From the NCBI GenBank assembly GCA_018398765.1, contig JAHBMJ010000297.1, positions 1 to 51,690 of the forward strand: 51,690 nucleotides of DNA, in the 5' to 3' direction. Source of the DNA: Chromera velia (Eukaryota). Every line of letters begins with the position of its first letter. Positions within the stretch are counted from its first letter, which is position 1. A program made the position numbers and the translations under genes. Below are positions 14,000 to 25,920 of the stretch, in pieces. Under the pieces are notes generated by a model, which searched no databases, had not been told where the DNA came from, and saw nothing but the letters and a program-made list of their open reading frames with translations.

Positions 14000-16560
14000 A
14001 GTGTGTACAGGGAACAGCTAGGGAACCAGCCATTAAAGTATAGTGAAGATTCGTACTGACTATGCATCGTAGGGGAAAAGGTAGGTTATGAACTAGGTTA
14101 GGTTGTAGGTTATTGGATGTTATTGGCCTAGTTATTGGCCCGCCAGTTATGATAACCGGTCATAACCGGCGGTTAACCGGGTTAACCAGTAAGAACTGAT
14201 AACTAGGCTGATACTAGGATTGATAAAAACCATATTAAAGGTAGAAACTCTAGTAGAAACAGTTTCACTAGCAGGCAGTAGCAGCTTCAAACAACTTAAA
14301 CTTGAATTCTTTGAATCTGTTTGAATCTATTATCTAATCATTCTATTTACACAACCAATTTGCATGCATATATGTTTATAAATTATGCCAAATTTGCCTC
14401 CACTTTTATCTAGTTTTGCATTTAATTTGTGCAAAAGTATTACTTACTTACTTAATTGTGGTTAAACCTAGGGTCTCTGAAACCAGAGACAAATGGTAAC
14501 TAATTATTTGATTCCTAGGAGTGGACACTAAAGTTTTAAAGTTTTTTTTTTTTGCCTTCTAGACTTTATTTGAAAAAAATATTTTTTAATTAGTTTTTGA
14601 ATAGGTCGTTAATTAAGTCAGTCATACTAAACTAATTAACTAGCCTACATAGAAAGTAGCAGAAGCTCAGTCTATCAACGAACTAGTAACGAACGACTTT
14701 GCCTTTTCTGCATTTAAAGGGACGAATGATTGCACAAAAAAAGAAAAAAAAAGAAAAAAGAGGACAGATGAAAGGAAAACACAATTTGATATCAATTTCT
14801 CTCTCCTCACTCATCATCCGACTCTTCAATCGCGCGGCTGGAAGACTTTGAATTGGCAAATATCAAAGATGTTATGCGGACGTTCGTATACATTGAAAAG
14901 AGGCCTGGGGGGATAGCGGTTGTAAGCAGCCGCCACCGTTTTTTAGGAGAAGTAATTGTAGTAAAAAAAGAAGTGGATTTTCTACTAAGAGAACAACACT
15001 AGAGGACCAAAGTCGCCGGTCGTTTGAATTTATATCAAAGTTGTTTCTTGGAATTTTTATGAGAATTATGATTAGTTAATAGGAATATAGTAATGCATTA
15101 TATACCTCGTTTTTAGAGTTGTGAAACTTTTGTATAATTAGTATATCTACTAGTATATAAGTAATATAACTTTGAAAGCAGCAACTTTGCTTGCAACGAT
15201 ATAAATGAAATCAACTTCTCTAAGAACGTCTTTTAGATCAACTTTTGTATGTCTGGTTGCATGTTTACTTTTAAAGTTTTAAAGTTAAAGTTTAAAGTTT
15301 TACAGGCAAACTATATTATTAAAAAAACTTTACTCCCCATCCCTACTAGATTCCCTAGTTTGATTCATCATTCATGATTCAAGGCTAGATTATAAAGAAT
15401 TTACTAAAAGATCCTAGAAAACATTTAAGAAAACATAGGGAAACATCTACATGCAGCAAATTTTCAGAAAAATTTTATTTGTTTCGATCTAAAAAAATTT
15501 TATGAATTCGATCTACATTCGATCCAGTTTTAATAGTCTAGACTGATTACCATCTTTATAAGTTTAAAATTATAACTCTAATCTGTCTAAAAGTTTGCCC
15601 ATGATTTTTTTCAAGAACAAAGGTATTTAATCACGAAATATATTTATTCACTAGTTACTCACTTCAAAAGTAAGATAATCAGGAATATATTCAGGAATAT
15701 ATTGCTAAACTAATTAAGGGGGGGTCTGGGGGGCAGAGCCCCCCGGGCTACATTTTTAATTTTTTTTTTTTAAAGCACAGTTTGTGACTATAAAAAATTG
15801 GTTTTGAAAAAGATAAACAGGGGCTATCTAGCTGTTAGGCACTGTTAATAGGCAGTAGTGTAACTAGTGTTACTATACTAGAAACCAAAAATTATACTAG
15901 ACTGTGTTACAGTGTTACTAGAATTTTATAAAATCTTACAATTTATAAACTTATTAAACTAGTAAGTAACATATCATATGAATACGCGGTTGTAAGTAAC
16001 ATATCATATCATACATGTTCTCATTGCATGAATATGCACACTACACCTTGTATTTGAAACTCATGCATGAAGACCCGATTTTTGATGCAACATGTATAAT
16101 CGGCTATTCGGCTCCGAATACATGCTGCGTAACATGCACCGATGGCCGCGGCTGCTAGTAGGAGCGGTGGGCCGTGCCGGCGCATGCATAGCTGGCCCAG
16201 GCTGCATGGACTGGGCCATGTATGCAGTGTACTGGATGTGTACAAGCCTCTAGGCTACTCCCAAAACATTTGTTTTTATAACATAAAAAAAAAACTACAC
16301 ACCATTAGAATGACCAAAAGTATTAAAGACTAGTAAGAATCGGACTTTGGCTAATTAATCACTTTATTCAATCACATTCAATCACTTCATGGGATAATTA
16401 AATATATTTTAATCACAAGTGACTAAACACCTTTGTTCAAGAAGTCTTGATCTTTATCACATTCTGTGAGATGAACTATAACGCTAGCTATAACGATATG
16501 GCAGGATTTGCAGCGCACGATCGATGACGTCCATGGTCAACCAGTTCCCACATTGTATAC
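14000..16560. mobile_element. AT-rich, TpA-rich degenerate repeat/transposon relic region
   Basis: Abrupt drop in GC, no ORFs, abundant CTAG/ACTAGT, short ATAACCGG/GTTATTGG repeats at about 14110-14190 and a GGGGGCAGAGCCCCC hairpin at about 15728-15745. No family can be assigned. Confidence 0.45.
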
Positions 16561-16863
16561 GTGAATATCTAAACTCAAATCCAAACTTCCAAAGCATTAA
16601 TTCTGGCATCCCATTCTCTTCTTTTGGTATACCCTAGGGTATACCTCACCGCTTCTTTCTTCTTTTCAGTCTTTCGATTCATGTCCGGACTCCTCCCCAC
16701 CCCCATTCCTAGCCCCATTCCCAACCGGAACATACAAGCCACAGTGCTGCCACACCCGTTGAATTCAAACCATCGTTTTCCTTTCTGTGCTGTCATCTTT
16801 CAAACATGAAAAGCCTCGGGCACCTCGCGCTAGCTAGACTGCGCGATCCCTCACGCCCCCCCT

Positions 16864-17856
16864 TCACTTCTGCTTCAGCAGAGAGGAATGCTGAAGAGCA
16901 AAATCCAGTCCAGCCACCACAGCGGTGCACTGGGCGACGTTGCAGATCTCCTCCGTGGTTCTCTCACTATCGGGGTAGACCTCGGTGGTGCAACAGAACT
17001 CGGCACTCGTGTGCGAACCGCAGTCACCCACAGAGCCCAAAATCAAAATTCCGGGCGCTACGGGCTTCTCACCAACAATCGTCCCACGCTCGTCAGGATC
17101 TGCAATGTGCGTGACCTTCTGGACGGCTGCCATCATGGTCTTGTGCCACTCCAACTGGGGTCTGGGTTCATGGCCGATCAAATAGAAACCGTCCGGGATG
17201 GGGTCCCAATCGGGAATCGGGAGGCCGTCTCTGGCAGCCTTGGCAGGCACAAACTCGCTGTTGTCGGTGTCGGTGGTTTCATGCAGGTCTGTGTGCATCA
17301 GAACCCCTGTGCTCTGCTGAACATGCGTGATGATGGTGGCCATGGCCTGTGCTGCCTCTGCACACCCTGGAGTGGTGGGCTTGAAGCATCTGTTGGGGTC
17401 GACAGCTTCTGGGGTCCACCGATTGATCGTCTCATATCCCCAGGGGGAGATACAGGGAAGAACAAGGAGGTTGACCTTCTGTGTGTATTTGTGGAACTGC
17501 TCCTGAACGAACAGTAGAGCCCCCCACACACCGGAAGTCTCATAACCGTGGACACCACCTGTGACGACCACCAAGGGACGGGAGCGGTCCCACTTGGAGC
17601 TTTTCACAGCATACAGAGGGTAGTTGGCAGCACCAAAATGCCGATAGTCAAGAGAACCGTACTGGAAGACATCCCCACCAGTGAAACGCAACAGAGGAGA
17701 GACGACATCAGTAAAGTAATCTCTCTTTTTGGTTTGTTCGCTTCTCCACTGATCCCTCTCTTTGTCAGACCAGGGCTGATCAGGTGTCCCGATGTGGTAT
17801 CGAGAGTGCACACCGGGGGCAGTCATCTTTCCATTTACGTGTCCGTTGGCAGTCAT
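16864..17856 (-). CDS. M14 metallocarboxypeptidase-like / succinylglutamate desuccinylase-aspartoacylase family protein, intronless
   Basis: Single ORF; first ATG at 17856. Zn-binding GGVHGYETSG (HxxE), NRW/DPNR, DLHET and catalytic TTEVYPD motifs. The N-terminal YHIGTPDQPW resembles proteobacterial members. Confidence 0.85.
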   Translation of the reverse strand: MTANGHVNGKMTAPGVHSRYHIGTPDQPWSDKERDQWRSEQTKKRDYFTDVVSPLLRFTGGDVFQYGSLDYRHFGAANYPLYAVKSSKWDRSRPLVVVTGGVHGYETSGVWGALLFVQEQFHKYTQKVNLLVLPCISPWGYETINRWTPEAVDPNRCFKPTTPGCAEAAQAMATIITHVQQSTGVLMHTDLHETTDTDNSEFVPAKAARDGLPIPDWDPIPDGFYLIGHEPRPQLEWHKTMMAAVQKVTHIADPDERGTIVGEKPVAPGILILGSVGDCGSHTSAEFCCTTEVYPDSERTTEEICNVAQCTAVVAGLDFALQHSSLLKQK

Positions 17857-18089
17857 CTTTGATTGATGCAACGTTTCACGCGAAACGGTTGATCGAGAAA
17901 GGGGGTGCTGGGTTTGTCGTCGCTTGCTAAGCTAAAGAGACAGGCTCGGTCCCGCTGCCGGTGCAATTCAGTGGTGCAAGTGTCTCCGAATGATGACACA
18001 ATGATCGAACAGCAGCTTTTGCGCTGATCAACGATGATTTGCTGAAAACTTCGAAGACGGCCTGTCTCCCAAATTGCGTCTGTTTGTGC

Positions 18090-18270
18090 AACACATATAT
18101 GCATGCATTGTAATGTCCCTACATTGTCCCTACGGGACATATATATGCCGTGGCCATGCCGTGGCCCCATGCAAGCTAGGGGTGAGAGGTGCGTACATGA
18201 TCGTGGCGCATGCATGCAACAGATGGATCACAACAAATGATGATTGAGGGTTTTTTCATGCATGCCGCGT
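18090..18270 (-). promoter_or_regulatory. TGCATG(CA) motif cluster upstream of the M14 gene
   Basis: Several TGCATGCA/GCATGC copies about 250-400 bp upstream of the ATG. The motif is a known ApiAP2-binding element in apicomplexans. Confidence 0.4.
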
Positions 18271-19119
18271 CCCCATATATGAGAGGCGGATCTAACCTAG
18301 TTTGTCGATTTGTTCCATCCTACGACTACCAGCGACGAAAATAGGCGTGACTTCGATCACCCTGATACAGCTGATCATAACAAATTGTTGTCGGATGCGT
18401 GTCAGAGTCACCGTGCTATCTGTAGCTATATATCGGAGAGGGTAGGAGAGGCCAGATGTTAGGTGCGACCAGAGACGGGCCTCAGACGGCCGGAGACGGC
18501 TAGATGGGTTTCAACGTAAAAAGAAGAAACACGGAGAGCTCTGCTATTAAACACGTTGTTACATATTATCAAAAAAAAAGAAACACAGGGACCTAGACAG
18601 GGACATAGTTAACAAAAGGTGCATACTAACGTAAAAGACTTAGAAATACTTAGAAAAAGAAACTTAAATTATGACTACACCAACATATGATAGATAGATC
18701 GCCATTATATTTGTTTTTACTAAAAAAATAAAAGATATATATAAAAATGCCCCCTGATTCATTCATAATTTAAATTTAGTTTAATTTACTTACCGTTTCA
18801 CTTTACGGAGTGAATATATAGTTAGGTCTTTTACATGTACAAACATATATTAATATTTCTTTTAGCTACTTTTAACTTCCTTTATTTATACGATATTTGA
18901 GTAGTATATGGACATTATATGTTTTCTATTATCACATTGTTCTTTTCAATCATGTCTAAGATGTTTTAACAATATATCCAAACTATACGCTTGCTGTAGT
19001 TAACTGTGCTTACTTGTTCACTCACCAACACATCCAGTCACTCACTCACTGAGTCGTTCTTCCTCTCATCACTCACTTACTCATTCATTCCCTCGCTCAC
19101 TCACTCACTCTATTACTTT

Positions 19120-20330
19120 CCCTGTCTCTCTTCTATCACTCACCCACATGCCCAAAATCAACGGCTTCTATTCAAACTCTCACACTCACACGCCCAAATG
19201 GCTTGAAGTCTTCTGTTCACACACTGGCTCTCTCTGTCTCTCTTTATTTATATCTATTTACCCACAGGCCGTCGCGGCTTGAAGTTCTGTTTACACACTG
19301 AGTCTGCACGTTTTTTCTTAGTGACAGGCTGTCTTTTTTCATTCACGTATCCACACACTCATGCAAATATCTTCTATTCACACACTTACGTGAGTTCGTA
19401 TCATTCCTTGTCCCTCTTCATTCACCCACATGCCCAAACGGTCCCTCTTTACCTAACTTGTTCACACCGGTTCACACACTCGCTTTCCCTGTCTGTTTCC
19501 ATTTACCCAAACCGTCGTAATGTCCCAAACAGCTTCTGTTTACATACTTGCTCTCCATCTCTCTCTTCAATATTCTTCATTCACTGCCTGAGGCCGAAGT
19601 GGCTTCTGTTCACCCACTCGCTCTCCTTGTATTTCCTTGTCTCTCTTCATTCATCCACAGGCCCAAGCAGCTTCTTTTCACACACGTGATTTCTTTTTAT
19701 TTATTCATCCACAGGCCTACACAGGCCCAAGCGGCTTCTGTTCAGTAACACACACTTGATCTCTCTTCATTCATCCACCTGCAGGCCCAAGCGGCTTCTA
19801 TTTATACACTCGTACCCATACGTCCAAACGGCTTCTTTTTACACACTCGCTCTCTCTGTCTCTCTTTATTCATCCACATGCAGGCCCAAGCGGCTTCTGT
19901 TTAGTGACACACACTTGATCTCTCTTCATTCATTCACCTACAAGCCCAAGCAGCTTCTGTTTACATACTCGCACCCACACGCCTAAACGGCTTCTTTTTA
20001 CACATTCGCTCTTTCTGTCTCTTTTCATTCATCCACATGCAAGTCCAAGTGGCTTCTGTTCACATACTCGTTCTTCTTGTCTCTCTTTCTTCGCCCGCAT
20101 GTCTAAACAGCTTCTGCTCTCACACTAATACATACTCATATACACACTCGCTTTCTTTGTCTCTCTTTATTCATCCATCTCTAGGCCTAAACGGCTTCTG
20201 TTCATGCACACACTTTCTCCCCATGTCCTTCACAATCTTTCTCTATACACCCACATGCCAAAACGGCTTCTGTTCACACACTTGCTTAACCAGCTTCATC
20301 CACAGGCCCAAACGCCTTCTGCTAACATCT
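19120..20330. repeat. Degenerate ~55-60 bp tandem minisatellite (core CCCAAACGGCTTCTGTTCACACACTCGCTCTC...TTCATTCATCCACA)
   Basis: The core GGCTTCTGTT/CACAC recurs roughly every 40-60 bp in alternating variants. Confidence 0.8.
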
Positions 20331-22087
20331 CACCCTTTTAAACTCACCAAGCGCTGGCCCCATACGCAGTAAGCATTTCCACAATATTTCAAAGCAAATA
20401 CACACAATACTTGGTATGCATTCCAAATCCTTAAGTAGAGGTAGAAAGAAGTCAAGAATCCAGGCGCTGAAGAACGGTAAGAGGAGCTAGGTAGAGAAAA
20501 AGAAGACCGACAAAAAGAAAAGATCTAATATTTCGATTCCTATAGATTAAATTAACCGTTTTTTCTCTTTGTCAAGCGCACTCAGTCAAGCTATGGTGGC
20601 TTACTCCTCACTCTGTAGGGCGGCATGTCTTAACTTGCCACTGAGCTTGGTAGCATTGTTAAACAACAGCTTTACTTACACAGTGTGCTTTATCGCCTTT
20701 CTTGAAAACTACATAGATGAATTTATACACAGTTCCCCTTTTATAGCTAGACCTCTTTCTTCATGTGTGTTTTTGTATCGATACATCAAGGTTAGACAAA
20801 AGGTGCACGATCGCCACGCGCTGTATATGTACGTATATACATATATGCAGTTGCCGGAAAGCGGGTCCTGCAAGGTAAATGTAACCCGATTAGTCAGAGT
20901 TTTCGACTTTTTTTTTTCTATAGGTGCATATGCGGCTAAGAGCCTTAACAGATACCGGCTATGGCAGGAGGTCATGGCACATGCAGTTAGCCATAATTTG
21001 GCTTGGCTAAGCGGCCGCGGCGGGGCCTCGCAGGGCCGCGGTGGCGCGTGTAGACCATGTATCGCAGACCCGCGCGCCGCCCACGGTCCGTGGGGAGGGT
21101 CACAACAAAATACACCTCTGATTTCCATCTCCAATTTTTGATGTGCGACTCTGATCTTCAGTCTGCCAGGCTTTGCTCTTTGATCACGACAACTTCAAAA
21201 TCCCCCTTCCAGCTAAAGGCTCCGTCACTGACTTCAGAAACATCCCCACACTTGCCTCTTTGCTGTTTTAGTGTTCCCCTTCCTCGCTGAGAGCAGAGAA
21301 TCCCCGTCTGCCGATTTACTGCTGTTTTCCATCTTTTGTTCAAAAATCAGAAGTCCTACACCTGTCTTCTTAACCACGTCCGTCCCTTTTCTCTTGGTCT
21401 CTTCACCCTAGGCCTGTACCTGGGCCTCTACCAATTGTGTTTGGATGGTTGTTAGCTGGCAGGGAGATCTCTATGCAGCACGAAGCAAAATCCCTGGACG
21501 AGTGGCTGTGTACCTTCCGCAGCGCTGCCCTCAGGGGGGTCCTGACTCTCAAAAGGGGGGAGGCTCCACGGAATAGAGTCGCAGAGAAAGCGTACAAACT
21601 TTTCAAGAACTGCAGGACGTCTGTGCCATAAGCAAAAGAGGGTAGGACAGTGAAGGTACAAAAGAAAAGAGCCCAGCAGACATCGATTCTGGGGTTTTTA
21701 AAGCCTTCTACAGGTCCCCAGTCTGAATAGGGAGGGCAACAACAGGAGGGGCAGAGACTAAAGCTGAAAGCATATGAGTGCTGCTGCGGATTCCACTTCG
21801 AGAATTTCGACACAGACCTGTAGAAGAGATGCTTCAAGGCCGAAAAGGACTTTTCAGGCCTTGTTGACTCGCCACTTCCCTCAGAGCACGGTCCTATGCC
21901 CAGACTGCAAAGGGCTGTTGGGAAAGAAGGGGTGTGGGACTCGCCCCCCGAGATACGTGACTGGAAATCCTAAAGATTTCTACGTTGACGAAGTATGTCA
22001 GTCTCTCTCTCTTTTCCCCCTTAGCTGTTCCCCCTGCTTTCCCCCCAAGATTTTTTTCCCACCTCTGGCGCTCTCAGCGACTTCCGC

Positions 22088-22122
<35 letters not shown>

Positions 22123-22844
22123 ATTCTCTTTTCCCCCTGCCCATCTGTTTCCACTGGTTTTCCCCCGATTTTTTCCCTCCCCCTGGCTGCTCGTTTTATG
22201 CAGATGAGGCTGCAGTGCCAGGAAACGTGTAGAACAGAGAAGGGGGCGAGAAAGGAGTTCGGGGCGTTGTCCCACAAGGTCCTCTCCAGTCTTCCGGAAG
22301 CGGCTCTCATCCATGTGCCTTTCATCGTGCTGAAGGGAAAACGACACGACACTCTGTTAGCCAAGGAGGTCCGCAACTCTCAAACCTTTTCCCCCCTCAT
22401 CATTCCCCTCTCCCCGCTCTGGCTCTTCCCCCCTTCTCCCTTCCTCCCCTCTCTATCTCTTCCCCCCTCCCCCCCCACCCTCTCCCTTTTCCCCTCTTTT
22501 CCCTTCCTCTCCTCGATCTCTATCTCTTTCCCCCTTCCAACCCCCCCCCNNNNNNNNNNTGTCGTTCTTCCTCCTCGTCACTCCTTTCCTCCCCCCCCTC
22601 CCCCCTTGGCATGCTTGCAGATTCTTCCAGAAGTGCAAGCAGTCGGGCGTCCTGGAGACACAAGCATCGCCTCTGTTTGCAGACGACTGGATTACAGACA
22701 CCACCAGGCCTACATTGAGCAGCTGACTTAGTTTGGGGGCGCGTAGAAGGCCTACCGAAGGACTCTGCATGCGCGTTGGGCGAGCGCGTTGAGTGCTGCA
22801 AGTGCAGAATCCTCTCCGCCTTCCATGGAAGTCGCTGAGAGCCC

Positions 22845-23965
22845 TGGGGGGGGCAAGAGCTTCACAGATGAGGAGAGGGTTGTTGTTGTGGACAGGGATG
22901 GAGAGGATGTGGTGACAATCGAGATTGAGCTACCCATCCGTGACTGTCACGCCAGAAATCCTGGTCTGGGGGTCTTCCCCCCTTCTGCAGTTATCTCCCC
23001 CCCTTCTACAGCAGCCACAGGTTTCGGTGTGGGGGGGCAGCAGGATGTCTTCCCCCTTTCTGCAGCAGCGGCCACAGGTTTCGGTGTGGGGGGGCGGCAG
23101 GATGTCTTCCCCCCTTCTGCAGCAGCCACAGGTTTTGGTGTGGGGGGGCGGCAGGATGTCTTCCCCCCTTCTTCAGCAGCCACAGGTTTTGGTGTGGGGA
23201 GGCGGCAGGATGTCTTCCCCCCTTCTGCAGCAGCCACAGTTTTTGGTGTGAAGGAGTAGTAGAATGTCTTTCCCCTTAAAGTTTTTACAACAGCCACAGG
23301 TTTTGGTATGGGGGGGTGGCAGGATGTCTTCCCCCCTTCTGCAGCAGCCACAGGTATCAGTATGGGCCTTAGGGGGAGCGAGAGCTTCACAGACAAGGAG
23401 AGGGTTGTTGTCGTAGACGGAGAGGATGTGGTGACAATCGAGACTGAGCCACCTATCCGTGACTGTCACGCCAGAGATCCTAGTCTGGGGGTCTTCCCCC
23501 CTTCTGCAGTTGTCTCCCCCCCTTCTGCAGCAGCCACAGGTTTCGGTATGGGGGGGCGGCAGGATGTCTTCCCCCCTTCTGCAGCAGCCACAGTTTTCGG
23601 TATGTGGGGGCAGCAGGATGTCTTCCCCCCTTCTGTAGCAGCGGCCACAGATTTCAGTGTGGGGGGGCGGCAGGATGTCTTCCCCCCTTCTGCAGCAGCC
23701 ACAGGTATCAGTATGGGCCTTGAGGGGAGCGAAAGCTTCACAGACGAGGAGAGAGTTGTTGTCGTAGACGGAGAGGATGTGGTGACAATCGAGACTGAGC
23801 CACCTATCCATGACTGTCACGCCAGAGATCCTGGTCTGGGGGTCTTCCCCCCTTCTGCAGTTGTCTTCCCCCCTTCTGCAGCAGCCACAGTTTTTGGTGT
23901 AGGGGGGTGGTAGGAAGTCTCCCCCCCTTCTGCAGCAGCCACAGGTTTTGGTGTGGGGGAGCAGC
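22845..23965 (+). repeat. In-frame 48-bp minisatellite (FPPSAAATGFGVGGRQDV) within three higher-order units, inside the transposase exon
   Basis: Repeated GATGTCTTCCCCCCTTCTGCAGCAGCCACAGGTTT units. The SFTDEERVVVVDGEDVVTIE..PIRDCHAR block occurs three times (about 22858, 23383, 23734). Confidence 0.9.
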
Positions 23966-25746
23966 AGGCTGTCTCAGAAGGCCCCATCAATAAGAAAGCT
24001 CCTGCTTTTGGAGGCCGATTTGAGTTCAATGGTTACAACTCAAAGGCTTAGCGCTGCTGGCAAAGCCTCATCTAGGCGTACTTTGTCCATGTAGGGAGAG
24101 AGCGGCAGGCATACCAAAAAGCCCTTTTTGGTTCGCGAGGTGCGTGCATGAACTCTTCCCCCCCGCTGCCTATCTTTGATTCTCTTCCCCCCCGCTGCCC
24201 ATCTTTGGTTCTCTTCCCCCTGTCAATCTGCCGCTGCTTGTTTTTCATTCTCTTCCCCCTGTCCATCTGCCGCTGTCTATCTTTCATTATTTTTTTCCTC
24301 CTTTGATCTGCTGTCTCTCATTGTAGGAGGAAAGTATCTGAAAAACGACATCACCTACATCCCGGAAACAGGTCACAGCTGTGGCGTGAAGTACCTGTGG
24401 AGTCTTATGAACGAAGCGAAAGAAGTAGGTTCTTACCTCCCTCTTCCCTGGGCCCTTTTTTCCTGTCTACCCCCTCGAGCATCCATTTCTCTTTTCCCCT
24501 AGTGTTTCCCCCCTCAAAGCGCCATGCTTCCATGTTATTTCATTGTTTGCAGGTGATTCTCTCACTCTGTCTCGAAACCCAGAGTGTGGAGGAAGTGCTT
24601 AAGGCGATGAAGAAGCTGAGGCGGAGGTATAAAATCTTTAAGCTGGAGTTCCTGGAGATTGTCTGGCTCGATCGCGACTGCTGTGGAGAGGGAGCGGTGA
24701 AAGCAGCTTGGCGAATTTTGAACCCTCACATCAAGATCCTCCTGGACGTGTTTCACGGGATAGACAAGCAAGGGTCTGCATTCCAAAAGTCACCTATACC
24801 CCCCCCTCTTTGTCAAGAAGATCCAAAAAGCACTCTTCGTTCTGTCTAAAGAGGACCTTGACAAGCTCTTGATGGCAGTAATGAAAGCAGAGGTAGGCCG
24901 CTAAAGCTTGTGGTCTTTCTTTTTATGGTATCATTTCTTCTCCTTTGCTCTTTCCCCCCGGCCCCCTTTTACTANCCCCCCCTCTTCATTATCTTTTTTT
25001 CGCCCCTCAATTTTATGTTTTCCCCCTGTTTTCTTGCCTCTTTGCCCTTGAGTTCGATTGTAGAATCTCATTGGTTGAGATGAGGCATGGAAGCAAGTCA
25101 TAGCAAAGGATCTGTGCAGATACGTCCGAAGACTTATTCCTCAACCTGCAGAACTCGAACGGCGCCTTTAAGTGAGTCTGGTTTTCCCCTTTCCCCCTCT
25201 AGTTCCCCCTTCCCCTTGCAAAGATCTACAGACCCCTAGGCACCCCTAGGCAGAGCTTCTTTCTCACTTTTACTATCTCTTCCCCCCTCCCTTACACACA
25301 ATGTCATGCATTGCAGGTCATGTACGATATCTTCAAGATAAAGTCCTACAATGGTGTTCTGCTTTTTACCGACCGTATGGAGGCGATCTGGGAGGAGCAG
25401 CTCAAACACGTGAGAAACGGGTGTTTGTCAGATCCGCATGGTGTCTCTCTCTACTGGGAAGTCAAGAAGGAATTGTGGAGGGGGAAAAAGGACAAAAAGT
25501 ATGTATTCAGCGTGTGGCAGACTGCTCGGTCTACTTCATAGCTGGAGTCTCTGCATTCTTTTCTGAAGAGGGCGCTCTACTTTTCTACACTGTCGGACGA
25601 GGTCTTTCAACAAGTTCTCCTCGACAGCCTGACGAAGTGGACGGGCGATCGAATCAGATAGAACGGGGGGCTCTCTCCAGAGGTGGCAGACCTTGCCCAA
25701 CTGGTGAGTGAAATGTTTTTTCTCTTTTCCCCCTGCCCCTGCGACG

Positions 25747-25920
25747 GTCTCTTTTCTTCTTTTTCCCCCCCTACAGCCGTGATGGTCTCATGATGGACAT
25801 TGATGGTCTCGTTTCTTCTCTTTTCCCCCCCTTCAGCGGTGATGGTCTCATGATGGACATTGATGGTCTCGTTTCTTCTTTTTTCCCCTCTTTTCCCCCT
25901 ACAGTTGTGATGGTCTCATT
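25747..25920. repeat. 60-bp intronic tandem duplication (2-3 copies)
   Basis: GTGATGGTCTCATGATGGACATTGATGGTCTCGTTTCTTC repeated with a 60-bp period. Confidence 0.85.

Noticed and set aside
20400..21400. tRNA/snRNA half-gene expected at a Dada insertion site
   Set aside because: No A-box/B-box cloverleaf or U1/U6 sequence is recognisable by eye here or at the right flank.
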